DNA from: Naegleria gruberi
Taxonomy: Eukaryota
Assembly: GCA_000004985.1 (NCBI GenBank)
Contig: GG738846.1
DNA: 64,000 nucleotides
Direction: 5' to 3' (one strand)
The notes beneath the pieces are model-generated. The model made no database searches. It was not told where the DNA came from and saw only the letters and a program-made list of their open reading frames with translations. Both the position numbers and the translations under genes were made by a program. The first letter of the stretch is position 1, and each line of letters opens with the position of its first letter. Of this stretch, positions 20,928 through 31,810 are shown in pieces.

Positions 20928-23900
20928 CTAATTAATGGGTTGATAGTATTGAGGAAAGGTTTTTTTTGATTCATAAAGTAAATATTGCAATTGTCGAGAG
21001 ATAGACTCAAAGGATGGTCGACTATTTGGATCCTCACTCCAACACAATTTCATCAAATCCAAATACTTATCCGAAATGGCAACAAGAGACGAGGTAGAGA
21101 AGGAATTATTGAATGGCAGTACAAATTCCTCAAGCCACAATATTTCCTCCTCTCTATTGGTGAATGGAATAACTGGTCTTTCTCCATTCAATACATGAAA
21201 GAGAATGTTGAATTCATTCATTTTTGAATTGTTTGGTATGAATTTGTAAACTTTTTTGGAATTGTAATTCAAATATGGAGCTTCTTCAAAAAATAATTCC
21301 CACATGATAATTCCAAATGAATAAACGTCTACTTTTGTGGTATATTTTGGAGAGTCATTAATCATCTCAATTGCAATGTAACATGTACTGCCTATTTGTT
21401 TGGTAGCTCCAAGACTTGTAGACAAGACCTTACTGAGACCAAAATCACATACCCTAGCATTGCCTCCATCTGAGAGAAGTATATTTCCTGGTTTTAAATC
21501 TCTATTAAATAAATACATAAATTCATATCAGAAAGATTACAAAATTGAGAAACAAACCTGTGAACTATTTGTTGAGAGTGTAAATATGACATTCCAGTGG
21601 CAACATCAACAAGAATACTCAGTTTTTGAGCAAGAGTCAAAGATTCCTTTCCTATTTTACAATTATAAATCAACTTGTCGAGACTTCCTCTAGGATAATA
21701 TTCCACAATCATAAACTTTCTATTGTCAGAGATACAGACACCATATAATTTAACAATGGAAGGATGATCTAACATGTTCAGTACAGCAACTTCTCTTTCA
21801 AATTCTTCATCTTGCAAGGTATCATCTGTTTTCAAAGATTTCAATGCGACATCTTTTGATTTCCACTTTCCAAGCCAAATAGTTCCATTTCCTCCTTCTC
21901 CAATCTTGTTAATTATTTCAATATCTTCCAATGGAATAATCAATCGTGACTTTTTCACACTTGATGAGCTCGAATGATTCAAAAGCAATGGTGTAGACAT
22001 ATTGGAAGAGCTACTCACAAAGAATAATTGTCTATTATTAATCTTTCTCTCCATCATTTCCTCTGCCTTTAGTTTCTTATCAAATAGAGATGCCTTCTTA
22101 TAGACATTTCTGAAACATCTCACCAATAAGAAAATCGCTACTAACAACACAACAGTCAAGAGCATACCAAAAATTACAGAGACGGGTATGACTGTGTATA
22201 AAATGATTGGATTGAAACTATCATTTTCTAAACATACAAATACAGAGTGGAGAGGATTTTTCAAGCTCATACCTTTTGGACAATCAAGAATATTGAAAAT
22301 GAAATTCATTTGAAAAGATTCCAAGATCATGGTTGCATTCACCTTTTTCTTTTGAACATTTAAATTCAAAGAGAGGTCATTAATTATGTTAGTATGCTCT
22401 TGAGTTTGGTAGAGAATATTTGCATCTGTTGAACAATGAATTGTTGCAGGTTGACTCAAGAATTTCAAACGTTCTCCATTGTTGATTATGAAATCAGAAA
22501 ATATGATTGAGGAAATAACTTGTCCTGGATAAATGTCAATTTCCAAAACAGTTTCAGCTCCCACATTGTATTTCACAATGTTCTCAGTTGAATATTCAAT
22601 TTCCATGTGAAAAGTTGCATTAGATATTGCAAATGCAAATGTAGGTCCATAATTGTAAGCAACATTATTAGAAATTATAGCACGTTGAAAATCGATTTGT
22701 TTCGTTGCATAGACACATCCTCCAGAATTATACGCCAAATTATTACGGCAAGCACCAAATAATTTGTTTCTTCCAACATCTCTCTCAATTTCCAAATAGA
22801 GAGCTCCTCCACTATTCTTACTAGTATTATTATCAAATACAAATGCACAATTATCTAAAACGTAATTAGTTCCTATTTCCTTTCTATAGTATAGAGCTCC
22901 TCCATTATTCAATGCAGTGTTTTGAATCATGTCTGTAAACAAACTATATATTGATTCTCCATAAAAGAAGACAGCACCTCCATTTCTGGCTGTATTATTG
23001 GAGAAGGTAAATCCCTCAAATGATAAAGTGCTATATCCATAGGCATAGAGAGTTCCATCTCCATCATTGATATTTGAATCGGCATGACCAATTGCTATTC
23101 TGATATAGGAACCCTCTGAAAAATCATTCACTGACCTCATCATTCCATAACCATTCTCAAAACTACAGGCAGACATGAAAATAGTAGATACCATATCAGT
23201 GACTATTGGCATGGTGTTGCAATTTTTAAAGCGAGTTCTCACGAGTCTAAGGGAATAAGTTGCTGAAACTGATAATATTGGTTCATCTGTATTGAACTTT
23301 GTCGTTTCAAAATTGGAATCCTGAATCAATATTTGGTCTGCATTATTAACACTAAGGTATAATGAATCTTTTGCAATGAGACTATCAATGGTAGATGCTC
23401 CACAATAACGTAGAATAATTCTAGAAATGAGAAGAGTGTTGGAATTCTTGATCATTACATTATCAAATCTAAAGAGTTCTAATGTAGAATTATTCAATAT
23501 TGAATTCTCTATATGAAATAATTGAGAGGTAACCACAATATCAGTATCTGAATCCAAATGATATTTAAAGAAACTATTCAAAAATTCAGTGTTTAACATT
23601 TTGACATATTCAGAACTCATTCCATACATTTCACAATCAATAATCTTACTCTCCTTTACCAAAAGTCTATTAATTGAATTGAGTGCAGAATTTGCAAGTA
23701 CTGATCCACTCAGAGTAATATCACCATCAAATACTCTATATCTGTACATGCTAACAAAACTACCAATTTTTGAATCAATGAATCGAATGGTTTTGTACTT
23801 TTGAATGTATCTGAAATTATCCAAAGAAACATTCAAGAAGGTAATTGCCTGAGCAGACACACCACTCAAATCAAAGCCAGCCCAACTATAGGTAACATTA

Positions 23901-24424
23901 CTATTTTCCTCTGCATTAAACAATTCGAAAAACAATTCATTATAGGAATAGGAAGAGACTCCAACAGCAGGAAAGGGAAATACTCGACGATTCTCCCTAT
24001 CCATTATGAGTCTGATAATAACTGAATCTGCTGGTGCCTTCTTTTTATGCACTTGTTTCAAGAAGGCATCCACTTGTGCCAGGTTGACACATGGATTTTC
24101 AATGGTGGTACAATTCTTTGGATCCGTGGTAGGATTACTCAGTGCAGATGTAGATGATCGACTACTACTAGTAGTATGAACAGCAATCGGCTTGACATAT
24201 AAAACAGTTCCATTCACTGCTATATTATTATATATTTGAAAGATATTCTCGGAGGGCCATGAATAATTATAATAATAATATTCAGCATGATTATCATTAG
24301 CAACAATACTAGGATCATTATATTTACATTCTACCCAAAGATTGTGTGAAAAGGTGCAGAACAGTAAAATCTGCACAAAAAACAGAAACCTTGAGCGGGT
24401 AATTGATTGTTGTGGTTTGCACAT
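20928..24424 (-). CDS. Receptor-like transmembrane protein kinase (~1146 aa): signal peptide, ectodomain with PMP-type (GGA) repeats predicted to form a beta-helix, one TM helix, and a TKL-like kinase domain. Two exons: 24424-21558 and 21501-20928.
   Basis: The start is likely at M11 (aaaaaagaaaATGtgc), giving the signal peptide MCKPQQSITRSRFLFFVQILLFCTF. The ectodomain repeats N-x-[AS]-x-x-N-GGA-[LV]-[FY] (NGGAVFF, NGGALYY, SGGALYL, SGGCVYA). The TM helix is PVSVIFGMLLTVVLLVAIFLLV. The kinase has GEGGNG...VALKSL...HR|DLKPGNILL...DFG, and the HRD motif is split by the intron. Confidence 0.85.
21502..21557 (-). other. Intron in the receptor kinase (56 nt), GTTTGTT...TTAATAG, phase 2.
   Basis: It joins ...QQIVH-R|DLKPGNILL and restores the catalytic-loop HRD motif. 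Confidence 0.8.
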
Positions 24425-24561
24425 TTTCTTTTTTGATGGGCAATTGATTTTCAACTTGGAAATAGTGGTGTTAGGTTAGTGTGCCTTATTCTTGAGGCCA
24501 ATGGGCAATGAATTTAATTCACACAGAAATGAACTGCAACTTCTGAATTGAATATTGATAT

Positions 24562-25487
24562 TTATTTTGTGTCTAGTTTAGTTTTAAAGAGTTGGGGATC
24601 ATGTTTCATTATTTGAACGTGAACTGTTGATCGTTCCTCGACGTCACCTGGATCATTTTCAAACATTGGTGGATACTTTCTATCAAAAACTGGTTCAACC
24701 ATGTAGCCTCTTTCTTTGGCCCGTGTGAAAAATTCCAAATCTTCCTTAATAAGCCAAGGTCTGTGATGACTGTTTAGAGTTCAAGTTGACAACTGAAAAT
24801 TCTCAATGTTTTTCTACTTACGTATAGCTCACATAAATAATAGAATTTTCATGAGATAAATAATCACAACTGTCCAATAATTGATAATGACAAACATGAT
24901 TAAATAAAACATCACTCAAAATTAAAACATCATAGGTATGCTTTTCACCTGCAAAAGTTTCGTCCAATTTCTCACCCCAAGCATGACCTCTCACTTGAAC
25001 TCGTTTATCTTCCTTATCAAAATTTAATTCCACATTCACAGCCAAATTTGGAATCAAATCTCCATGATCAATATCTGTAATTACTACTTTAGAAGATCCC
25101 AATTTTCCACAAACTAGAGCTGGCAAACCACCAGCAGCTCCCAATTCAACAACACTCTTGTCCTTTACCAAATGTTGATTGTTGTAAAAGTATTCTCCAA
25201 TACACTTGGCAGCATTATATAAATAATTTCCCCATAAAATGTGTTCACCTTTATATTTCAAAATTTCATAATTTTCATCACACACACAAAATATTGTTTT
25301 CAATAATATTTTAAAAAACATCGGAAATCATGATGATCTTACCAATTAAACTAACTTTAACTTGAAAATCTGTTCCTTCAATATCAAATGTTTCAATTCG
25401 GGTTGGTCTTGGTTTTTTATAATAATTGTCATCCACTTTGAACATGTCTCCCTCATCGAGAGCAAGTACTAAATCCTCATCAGCCAT
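24562..25487 (-). CDS. Class I SAM-dependent methyltransferase of the Efm7/Nnt1/METTL21 (Methyltransf_16) family, ~259 aa. Three exons: 25487-25343, 25248-24822 and 24769-24562.
   Basis: Exon 1 is MADEDLVLALDEGDMF...FQVKVSLIG. Exon 2 is EHILWGNYLYNAAKC...VVELGAAGGLPALVCGKLGSSKVVITD (motif I). Exon 3, beyond the track's stop, encodes HHRPWLIKEDLEFFTRAKERGYMVEPVF..., which is typical of this family's C-terminus. The exon phases are 1, 2, 0, consistent throughout. Confidence 0.7.
24770..24821 (-). other. Intron 2 of the Efm7-like gene (52 nt), GTAAGT...AAACAG.
   Basis: GTAAGT overlaps the apparent TAA stop of the track ORF. Splicing extends the protein by 69 protein-like residues to a TAA at 24562-64. 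Confidence 0.6.
25249..25342 (-). other. Intron 1 of the Efm7-like gene (94 nt), GTAAGA...TATAAAG.
   Basis: It joins VSLIG|EHILWG and recreates the family's LWG motif context. Confidence 0.6.
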
Positions 25488-25549
25488 TTTTTTAAAGTTA
25501 ATATTTTGATGATTCAATTAATTTGGTGAATTTATTGAATCCTTCTCAT

Positions 25550-27277
25550 TTACTTCTTTTTCTTCTTCTTCTTCTTCTTTTTCTTTGCTGGTTCACCTTG
25601 TGATGGGTTTGTGGAAGACTCGGCTACTGGTGGTTTAGAAGGTGGTGCAGAGGATTTCTTTGCTTTCTTTGATTGTTGGGCTGCTACTAATGGTTTAGAA
25701 GGTTTAGAAGAATCAGAGGATTGTTTGGATTTCTTTGAAGGTTGAGGAGCTACTTGAGTAGTTGCAGAAGAATCAGAGGATTTTTTGGATTTCTTCGATG
25801 AAGGTTGAGCTATGTCATTATCATTTTGATTCTTTCTTTTCTTTGAGGAATTATTTGGTGGTGTTACTACTGCTGGCGTTGCAGATGCATCACTTTGTTT
25901 CTTCTTTTTCTTCTTCTTCTTTTTCTTTGCTGGTTCAGCTACTGCTGGTTGTGGATTAGAAGATGATGATGCAGATGCAGAATCAGAAGATTTCTTTGAT
26001 TTCTTTGCTTGTTGGGCTACTACTAATGGTTTAGAAGAGGAAGATGATGATGAAGAGGATTTCTTTGATGAAGACTCTTTCGATGATTTAGAAGATGCTT
26101 TCTTTAACATCTGGGCTACTACTAATGGTTTAGGAGATGATGATGCAAATAATTTCTTTGGTTTCTTGGGAGGCTCTTCCACTTCTGATAAAGAATCATC
26201 ATCATCATCGTCTTCCTCTAGTTTCTTCCTTTTCTTTGAGGATTTCTTTGGTGGCTCTTCTTCTTCCATACTGAATGATTCATCATCATCATCATCATCA
26301 TCATCGGAATGGTTTATATTTGAATTAGCACGTGTTTGTCGATTTCTTTGTTCTTGTGCCCGTTGTTGATCTCGTTCTTGCTTCAATCGAGCAATAAATT
26401 CACCACCAGTGTTAGTTAATCTCTCCATCACTTGAGGCTTTTTGAGAGCATTATCCAAATGTGTTAAAGCAAACAAATTGGAATCAGGATTGGTAATATC
26501 AGCATTCTCCAAAATTGAAAAGACTTGATCGATACTATTAAGACCAGACGCCTCCACTCGTTTCTCCAAAGCCTCCTCCTCTGGTGTAAAGAAATTATAC
26601 CTCCTGGCAAGAGCATTAAAATTGACGCTCTTATTAATATCATATTTTCCTTCCATTAATTCTTTGCCAGTGAGGAAACTCTCTGCATAAAGAGTCCGGT
26701 GCTTTTTGGCCATAGTTATCACCCATCCCCATCTACACATATTCTCCAACTTTTTCTCAATGTAAATAGTGATTCTTTCAAGTGCAGCTTTTGTCATCTT
26801 CAATTCATTCATATTTCGTATTGGTTTTTGCCAATTTCTAAATCTATCATCAAAGTACCTAAGTTCATTATTAAGTTTAGGTGATTCTTTAATTACAAAT
26901 TTACATGCTCTAGCAATTCGCTGCGCCGGAATTGATTTTAATTTACCATTTTCAATTTCCAATTGAAATAATATTGTTAATATTTGTCTTCTCATGACGT
27001 GAAGTCCTGGTGCTATTTGCATAATGTGTGCCAGTCTGGTGTGCTTTTTAACAGGTTTTCTCTTCTTTTTCTTTAATTCAATCCAATCACCCTCATCAAC
27101 AACTTCAGCCAGCTCATCGGTCTCCACTTGGTTAGCTGCTAAAATTTTGTCTAATAATTTCGAACGATCTCCAATTTCCCCATCATATTCATCAACAGTT
27201 GGTGTCTTGTGCTTTTGCTTTTGTACGACACCATCGATCTTTTCAAGAGGTTTGTTGATGTTCTTCTGTTTTGGCAT
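25550..27277 (-). CDS. Nuclear or nucleolar-type protein, 575 aa: a conserved ~330-aa N-terminal domain of unknown family, then a long D/E-, S- and K-rich tail that ends in poly-K.
   Basis: A single ORF with an aaaaaaaATG start. The tail carries D8, S9 and K10-11 runs plus repeated SSKKSKKSSDS / PLVVAQ motifs (Nopp140- or nucleolin-like composition). Confidence 0.5.
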   Translation of the reverse strand: MPKQKNINKPLEKIDGVVQKQKHKTPTVDEYDGEIGDRSKLLDKILAANQVETDELAEVVDEGDWIELKKKKRKPVKKHTRLAHIMQIAPGLHVMRRQILTILFQLEIENGKLKSIPAQRIARACKFVIKESPKLNNELRYFDDRFRNWQKPIRNMNELKMTKAALERITIYIEKKLENMCRWGWVITMAKKHRTLYAESFLTGKELMEGKYDINKSVNFNALARRYNFFTPEEEALEKRVEASGLNSIDQVFSILENADITNPDSNLFALTHLDNALKKPQVMERLTNTGGEFIARLKQERDQQRAQEQRNRQTRANSNINHSDDDDDDDDESFSMEEEEPPKKSSKKRKKLEEDDDDDDSLSEVEEPPKKPKKLFASSSPKPLVVAQMLKKASSKSSKESSSKKSSSSSSSSSKPLVVAQQAKKSKKSSDSASASSSSNPQPAVAEPAKKKKKKKKKKQSDASATPAVVTPPNNSSKKRKNQNDNDIAQPSSKKSKKSSDSSATTQVAPQPSKKSKQSSDSSKPSKPLVAAQQSKKAKKSSAPPSKPPVAESSTNPSQGEPAKKKKKKKKKKK

Positions 27278-27365
27278 TTTTTTTGAATAATTTTTTTTTC
27301 TATCTATTAAAAGAAGTCATCATTAACAATAGCATTGATTGTTGAACAAATATTTACATTTAAGA

Positions 27366-29825
27366 TTAGTAATTTAATTGTTTCATGAGTTGGGAAAAGG
27401 AAAGATTCATAGGAGATGCTGAGGCTTGTGGTTTTTTCATTGGTGAAATGTATTGATCTCGGATTTTGGAAAGTGAATTTAACCGTTCTCTTCTTACTGG
27501 TTGGTGAGAGGTCGAAGATAATGAACTGGTGTTAAAGTCACTACCAGTTGTTTCAAGAAGGTTGTGGAAAGAATTGTTATCAAGCAATAAATTTTCCAAA
27601 TTGTCATTCATTGGAACTGTTGTTTCATTGTGGTCTGTTTCAGATTGAGTTTCAGAATCTGAATAAACAATCTCTTGAGCCCTCTCATTCACAGAAAGTA
27701 ATGATGCACCATTTAGATATGGATAATTGGAAGACAGATTGGATAAAAAAGTTCCAACAATATCATCCTCATTGAAACATTGATCCTCCTCATCAATTTC
27801 CTCTTCACATTCTATAAGAACTGATCCATCACAAGGTGCACCATCCTCGTCATTGTGGTCTGTAGCAGCTAGTTCCTCCTCTTGCTCATCATCATAATAA
27901 ATAGGTAACTTAACTTCAATGTGAGGAACGTTCATCAACATATCAAAGTAGGGATAGGATGGTTCACTGTGTTCTGAAATAATATCTGATGTGTTGGCTA
28001 TATCTGCTACTGAGATTGATTCAGGAGAGGTCATTTCCTCCTCAATTACTTGAACCTTATTCTGTTGTGTTGGAATTGAGCCGTAATGGTCTTGTAATTG
28101 CAATAATTCTGTTCTCCCACTATCAGCACAGGAATAAGTAGAATGAGTTTCTTCCTCTTCTTGGTCATTCTCATTGGAAACTATTTGATCTTTTGTCAAG
28201 ATTACAATATTCTTCTTGAATATTTTGCAAGTTTCAGTTAGGAGAAATATTGAGCGAGAACTGAGCTTGTTCTGGCTCAAATCCAAATAAAGTAATTTAC
28301 TGTTGTTCTTGAGACATAAATTAATAGTATTTGTACATTCGTCCGTTATTCCATTATTCTTCAAATAAATAGTGTGAATACTTGAATTGACAGACAAGCT
28401 GCTGAATAATTTTTTAGTGATAAAATCTCCAAGGTTATTACCCTCCAAATTGAGAATGTTAATATTGATACTGTTATTGAAACTAAAATAGTAATCATTT
28501 GAAAAGAGGTCACATTCATTCAGCTCGATGCTTTTTAAAGATTTTGCATATTGCAACAGTTGACTAATTATAAAATGGCAATTCTGTTAAATGTAAGTTC
28601 ACGTTTAAATAGAAATACTTACTTGAAGATTATTGTTCGATAAGTTCAAGTATATCAAATTGGTATTAAGCATCATTCCATAACAAAGAGCTTTACACCC
28701 AAGAGCTGTGAACCTGTTGTTTTTCAAATGAAGCTTTTTCAAGTTATTCTTTTCAGTTAGATATTTTCCAATTGAAACAATACCCTTATTTGAGATTAAA
28801 TTGTTGGAAAGTATTAACTCTTGAAGAGTTGAACTTTGTTTGAGATTTTCGCATAAACACTTGATATCATTGCAAACCAATCCATTATTTGAAAGGTCTA
28901 ATATTTTGATTAGTCTAATTTCTTTGAATGGAAGTGAAAGCGTGTTAAATTTGAGATGACAATTGCTTAGATTCAATAAATTAATGTTTTTGTAATTTAT
29001 CAAATAACTAAGAGAATCGAACAAATCATCCCCACTTTCATTGCTCAAATCAATATCAAAACAAGTTGTTTCATTCATACCAGAAAGTGGTGAAAACAAA
29101 ATCAGCTCATCAATACCATTAATATCCTGCTTGATTGTTTCCAAAACCAGTGAGCTGTTAGTATGTGAATTATTGTTATTATTTGATTGTTCCTCTTCCT
29201 GTACTTGATTATCAATACTATTATTCAAATGTGATGAATCTTCCAAAACAAAGCTATTATTATTACTATACAAGTCCTTAATGTAATCCAATCCACTAAT
29301 TGATGAAGCAATCGTCGGTGGATTTGGTTCTTGCAATGATGAATGTTGATAAATTGATTGTAGGGACGATTCCAAAATATCAGAATATAATTTTGAGGCA
29401 TGAAAACTTTGATCCTTACTCTTTGGTTGTTGATTAACTTGTTGATTATTACCAAATTGTGAAGAATTAGAGAGTGATTTTGATGAGAGAGAAATCTTAA
29501 TATCCTTATTCTTTTCAAAAGTTGGGGCTAACTGAATCGAAACTGTTGGAGGTAGTGTTGACGCTGGTATTTGCACAAGTGAAACCGGATGATAATTAAC
29601 CTTATTGGAGCCTATTGAAGAAGTGTTCTGATGAGAGGGAATGGATTGTTGTTGCTTCTTATTTGGCAATGATGAAGAATTCAAATTCAAGCTACTATTA
29701 TTGCTGCTGTTATTGCTTAATATTGAATTATTGAGACTCGCCGATGATAACTTGTTACGGTAGAGTGAGGCAGTGGAACCTTTTCTAACTAGAGGGGAGG
29801 CATAATTCTCTCTGATACTATCCAT
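27366..29825 (-). CDS. RNI-like leucine-rich-repeat protein (~806 aa), with an S/N/Q-rich N-terminus and an acidic C-terminal region. Two exons: 29825-28623 and 28583-27366.
   Basis: The LRRs (LDLSNNGLVCNDIKCLCENLKQSSTLQELILSNNLISNKG...LHLKNNRFTALGCKAL...) continue across the junction LSNNNLQ|NCHFIISQLLQYAKSLKSIELNECD. Confidence 0.7.
28584..28622 (-). other. Intron of the LRR gene (39 nt), GTAAGT...TTAACAG, phase 0.
   Basis: GTAAGT immediately follows ...NNNLQ, and the acceptor restores the downstream LRR ORF frame. Confidence 0.7.
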
Positions 29826-29930
29826 CTGGAATTGTGATGATAACAGGAGCAGAAGTTGGTGTGTTTGAGATTGTTTTTTTTTAAATTTGCCGCCAATTTT
29901 TGGATACGTAACGGCAATTTATTAAGGCAA

Positions 29931-31514
29931 TCAATCGGTGATTTCATAAACTGAGAATAATCTATCATTGGATGATATACAAATGGCAAATAGATTACGT
30001 ATCGTTGAGATTGTAAATTTGGTAATTTCATCTTCGAATTGTAGATATTTGACAATGTTATTGTCGGCAATATAGAGGATGGTGTGTGGAGTCTTGACAA
30101 TGAAACGATTCTCCTTGTAGAGATAGACCTCGTCGACTGTTTCATCGGCCAATCCACAAACAATTTGAATTGGTTCCTGTCTATCCTCTAATGTATCATT
30201 GAAAATGTAGAGCGTATTATCGGACACATAATAGTAGTGCTCAGATGAATTTTTACAATATTCATAGTTGAATTTGAGATGTTTTTGAGCATCTAATACC
30301 TCCATGACATTAAAGTAATGGGAGTTCAATATCTTTTTTTGTAAACTTTCAATACTTTGATTAAATTTGTCAAAATTGTAAAACTTGAAATTAGATTCAA
30401 CGTTTGGATTAATGTTTGATTTTTGTGATTGAATATCGGAAAGGCAAATTAGTATAGATTTGATATTTTCACAAACTTTAACCTTCCATTCATAATAGTA
30501 ATCATTGACTAGTAAAAATAATTCTTGTAAGTCCAAGTCATTCAGATTGGATATTAAATATTCCAAATATGAAAATATCAAACTAAATCCATTATCAATT
30601 CTATCAATAATATGATTGAAAGAGATTAACAATTTAGCATAAAAGGCTTCTTCAACGCTTGCAAACAGTTCCATATTAATATAATTCAAACGTGTAGATA
30701 TCAATTCAAAAATATCCAAATGTTCTAGTTTTACAAATACAGAGTTGGCAAAGAAGTCACTCCAACTTTTAGTGATATCTTTCCTACATTCATTAACATT
30801 CTCTAGAATTGGCAAAATATTTAATGATTTTCCAAACTTGTCAATATTCAAATCCTTCTTGTGGTTCACCTTTTTAATATGGTCCAAAGACTTGAGTCTC
30901 ATAATAGGTAATTTACCATTCAACAATAAGAGTGCTGAATAATTATTATCTAGTAATTGATTTTTCAGATACAAAATCAATAAATTCTTACTAGTTTCAA
31001 ATTTGATACATGATGTTGGCTCTAATTGTTGTTGCTGCTGATTCTGTTGATTTTGTTCCATAGCTCCCGAAACAGCCATATGGTTCGGATCAAACTTTAT
31101 CAGAAAAGTATCCAAATAATGTTCAGTTCTTGTCTTTTCCAATTTAATCCACTCAATATCATAAATTAATTCATCGCACATTAAATCCACAATAGAATTA
31201 TTATTGACTTGAATTTCCTCCAACTTGTTATCAATATGATACATTTTCATATGATTATCCACCTGATTAATTTTAATAATATATTCTCCACATGGACTAA
31301 ATTTAATTCTCTCATCACTAGAGTGCTCGATCATCAAAAGCCTCTCCATACTCGGAATTCTATACAGAAAATTATTCACCAACAAGATATCCATCGTTGT
31401 ATTCAATTCAATGGTATGAATGCTCTGAGGAAAAGCATACGATGAAATAAACTCTCCAAATTGATAGGCAGAAGTATCATCATCTTCCATGGCCACTTGT
31501 TCTTCCGAAGCCAT
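29931..31514 (-). CDS. Hypothetical protein, 527 aa. I recognise no family.
   Basis: A long uninterrupted ORF with an aaATG start context and non-repetitive composition apart from one Q-run. Confidence 0.5.
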   Translation of the reverse strand: MASEEQVAMEDDDTSAYQFGEFISSYAFPQSIHTIELNTTMDILLVNNFLYRIPSMERLLMIEHSSDERIKFSPCGEYIIKINQVDNHMKMYHIDNKLEEIQVNNNSIVDLMCDELIYDIEWIKLEKTRTEHYLDTFLIKFDPNHMAVSGAMEQNQQNQQQQQLEPTSCIKFETSKNLLILYLKNQLLDNNYSALLLLNGKLPIMRLKSLDHIKKVNHKKDLNIDKFGKSLNILPILENVNECRKDITKSWSDFFANSVFVKLEHLDIFELISTRLNYINMELFASVEEAFYAKLLISFNHIIDRIDNGFSLIFSYLEYLISNLNDLDLQELFLLVNDYYYEWKVKVCENIKSILICLSDIQSQKSNINPNVESNFKFYNFDKFNQSIESLQKKILNSHYFNVMEVLDAQKHLKFNYEYCKNSSEHYYYVSDNTLYIFNDTLEDRQEPIQIVCGLADETVDEVYLYKENRFIVKTPHTILYIADNNIVKYLQFEDEITKFTISTIRNLFAICISSNDRLFSVYEITD

Positions 31515-31810
31515 TTCAATTAATTCTGGTTATTTTTTAAATAAAAATAACAAAATAAATAAATGAAATTGGAAAAAACAAGAATTGGATTGTCATACAG
31601 CCACAAAATACATTTCCAAAATTCGAAATACATCAAGAGACGCAAATAGTTTTCATCATTTCAAAGATGGAAAATGAGCTCATGTGATGATTATTGGTAA
31701 AAATCTTCAATAATAGGCACTCGATTTCAAATCTTGAACTATTCAAAAAATAACTTGTCATGCTTAAGTCAATTCTGTTCAAAATCTTGCATTTATTGGT
31801 CATTTTGTAA

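Noticed and set aside
25762-27290. Several plus-strand 60-90-aa ORFs (25762-25959, 26166-26369, 26699-26884, 26769-26966, 27024-27290).
   Set aside because: All are antisense to the 575-aa K/S/D-rich protein gene. Their S/F/L-rich translations simply mirror its AAG/GAA/TCA repeats.
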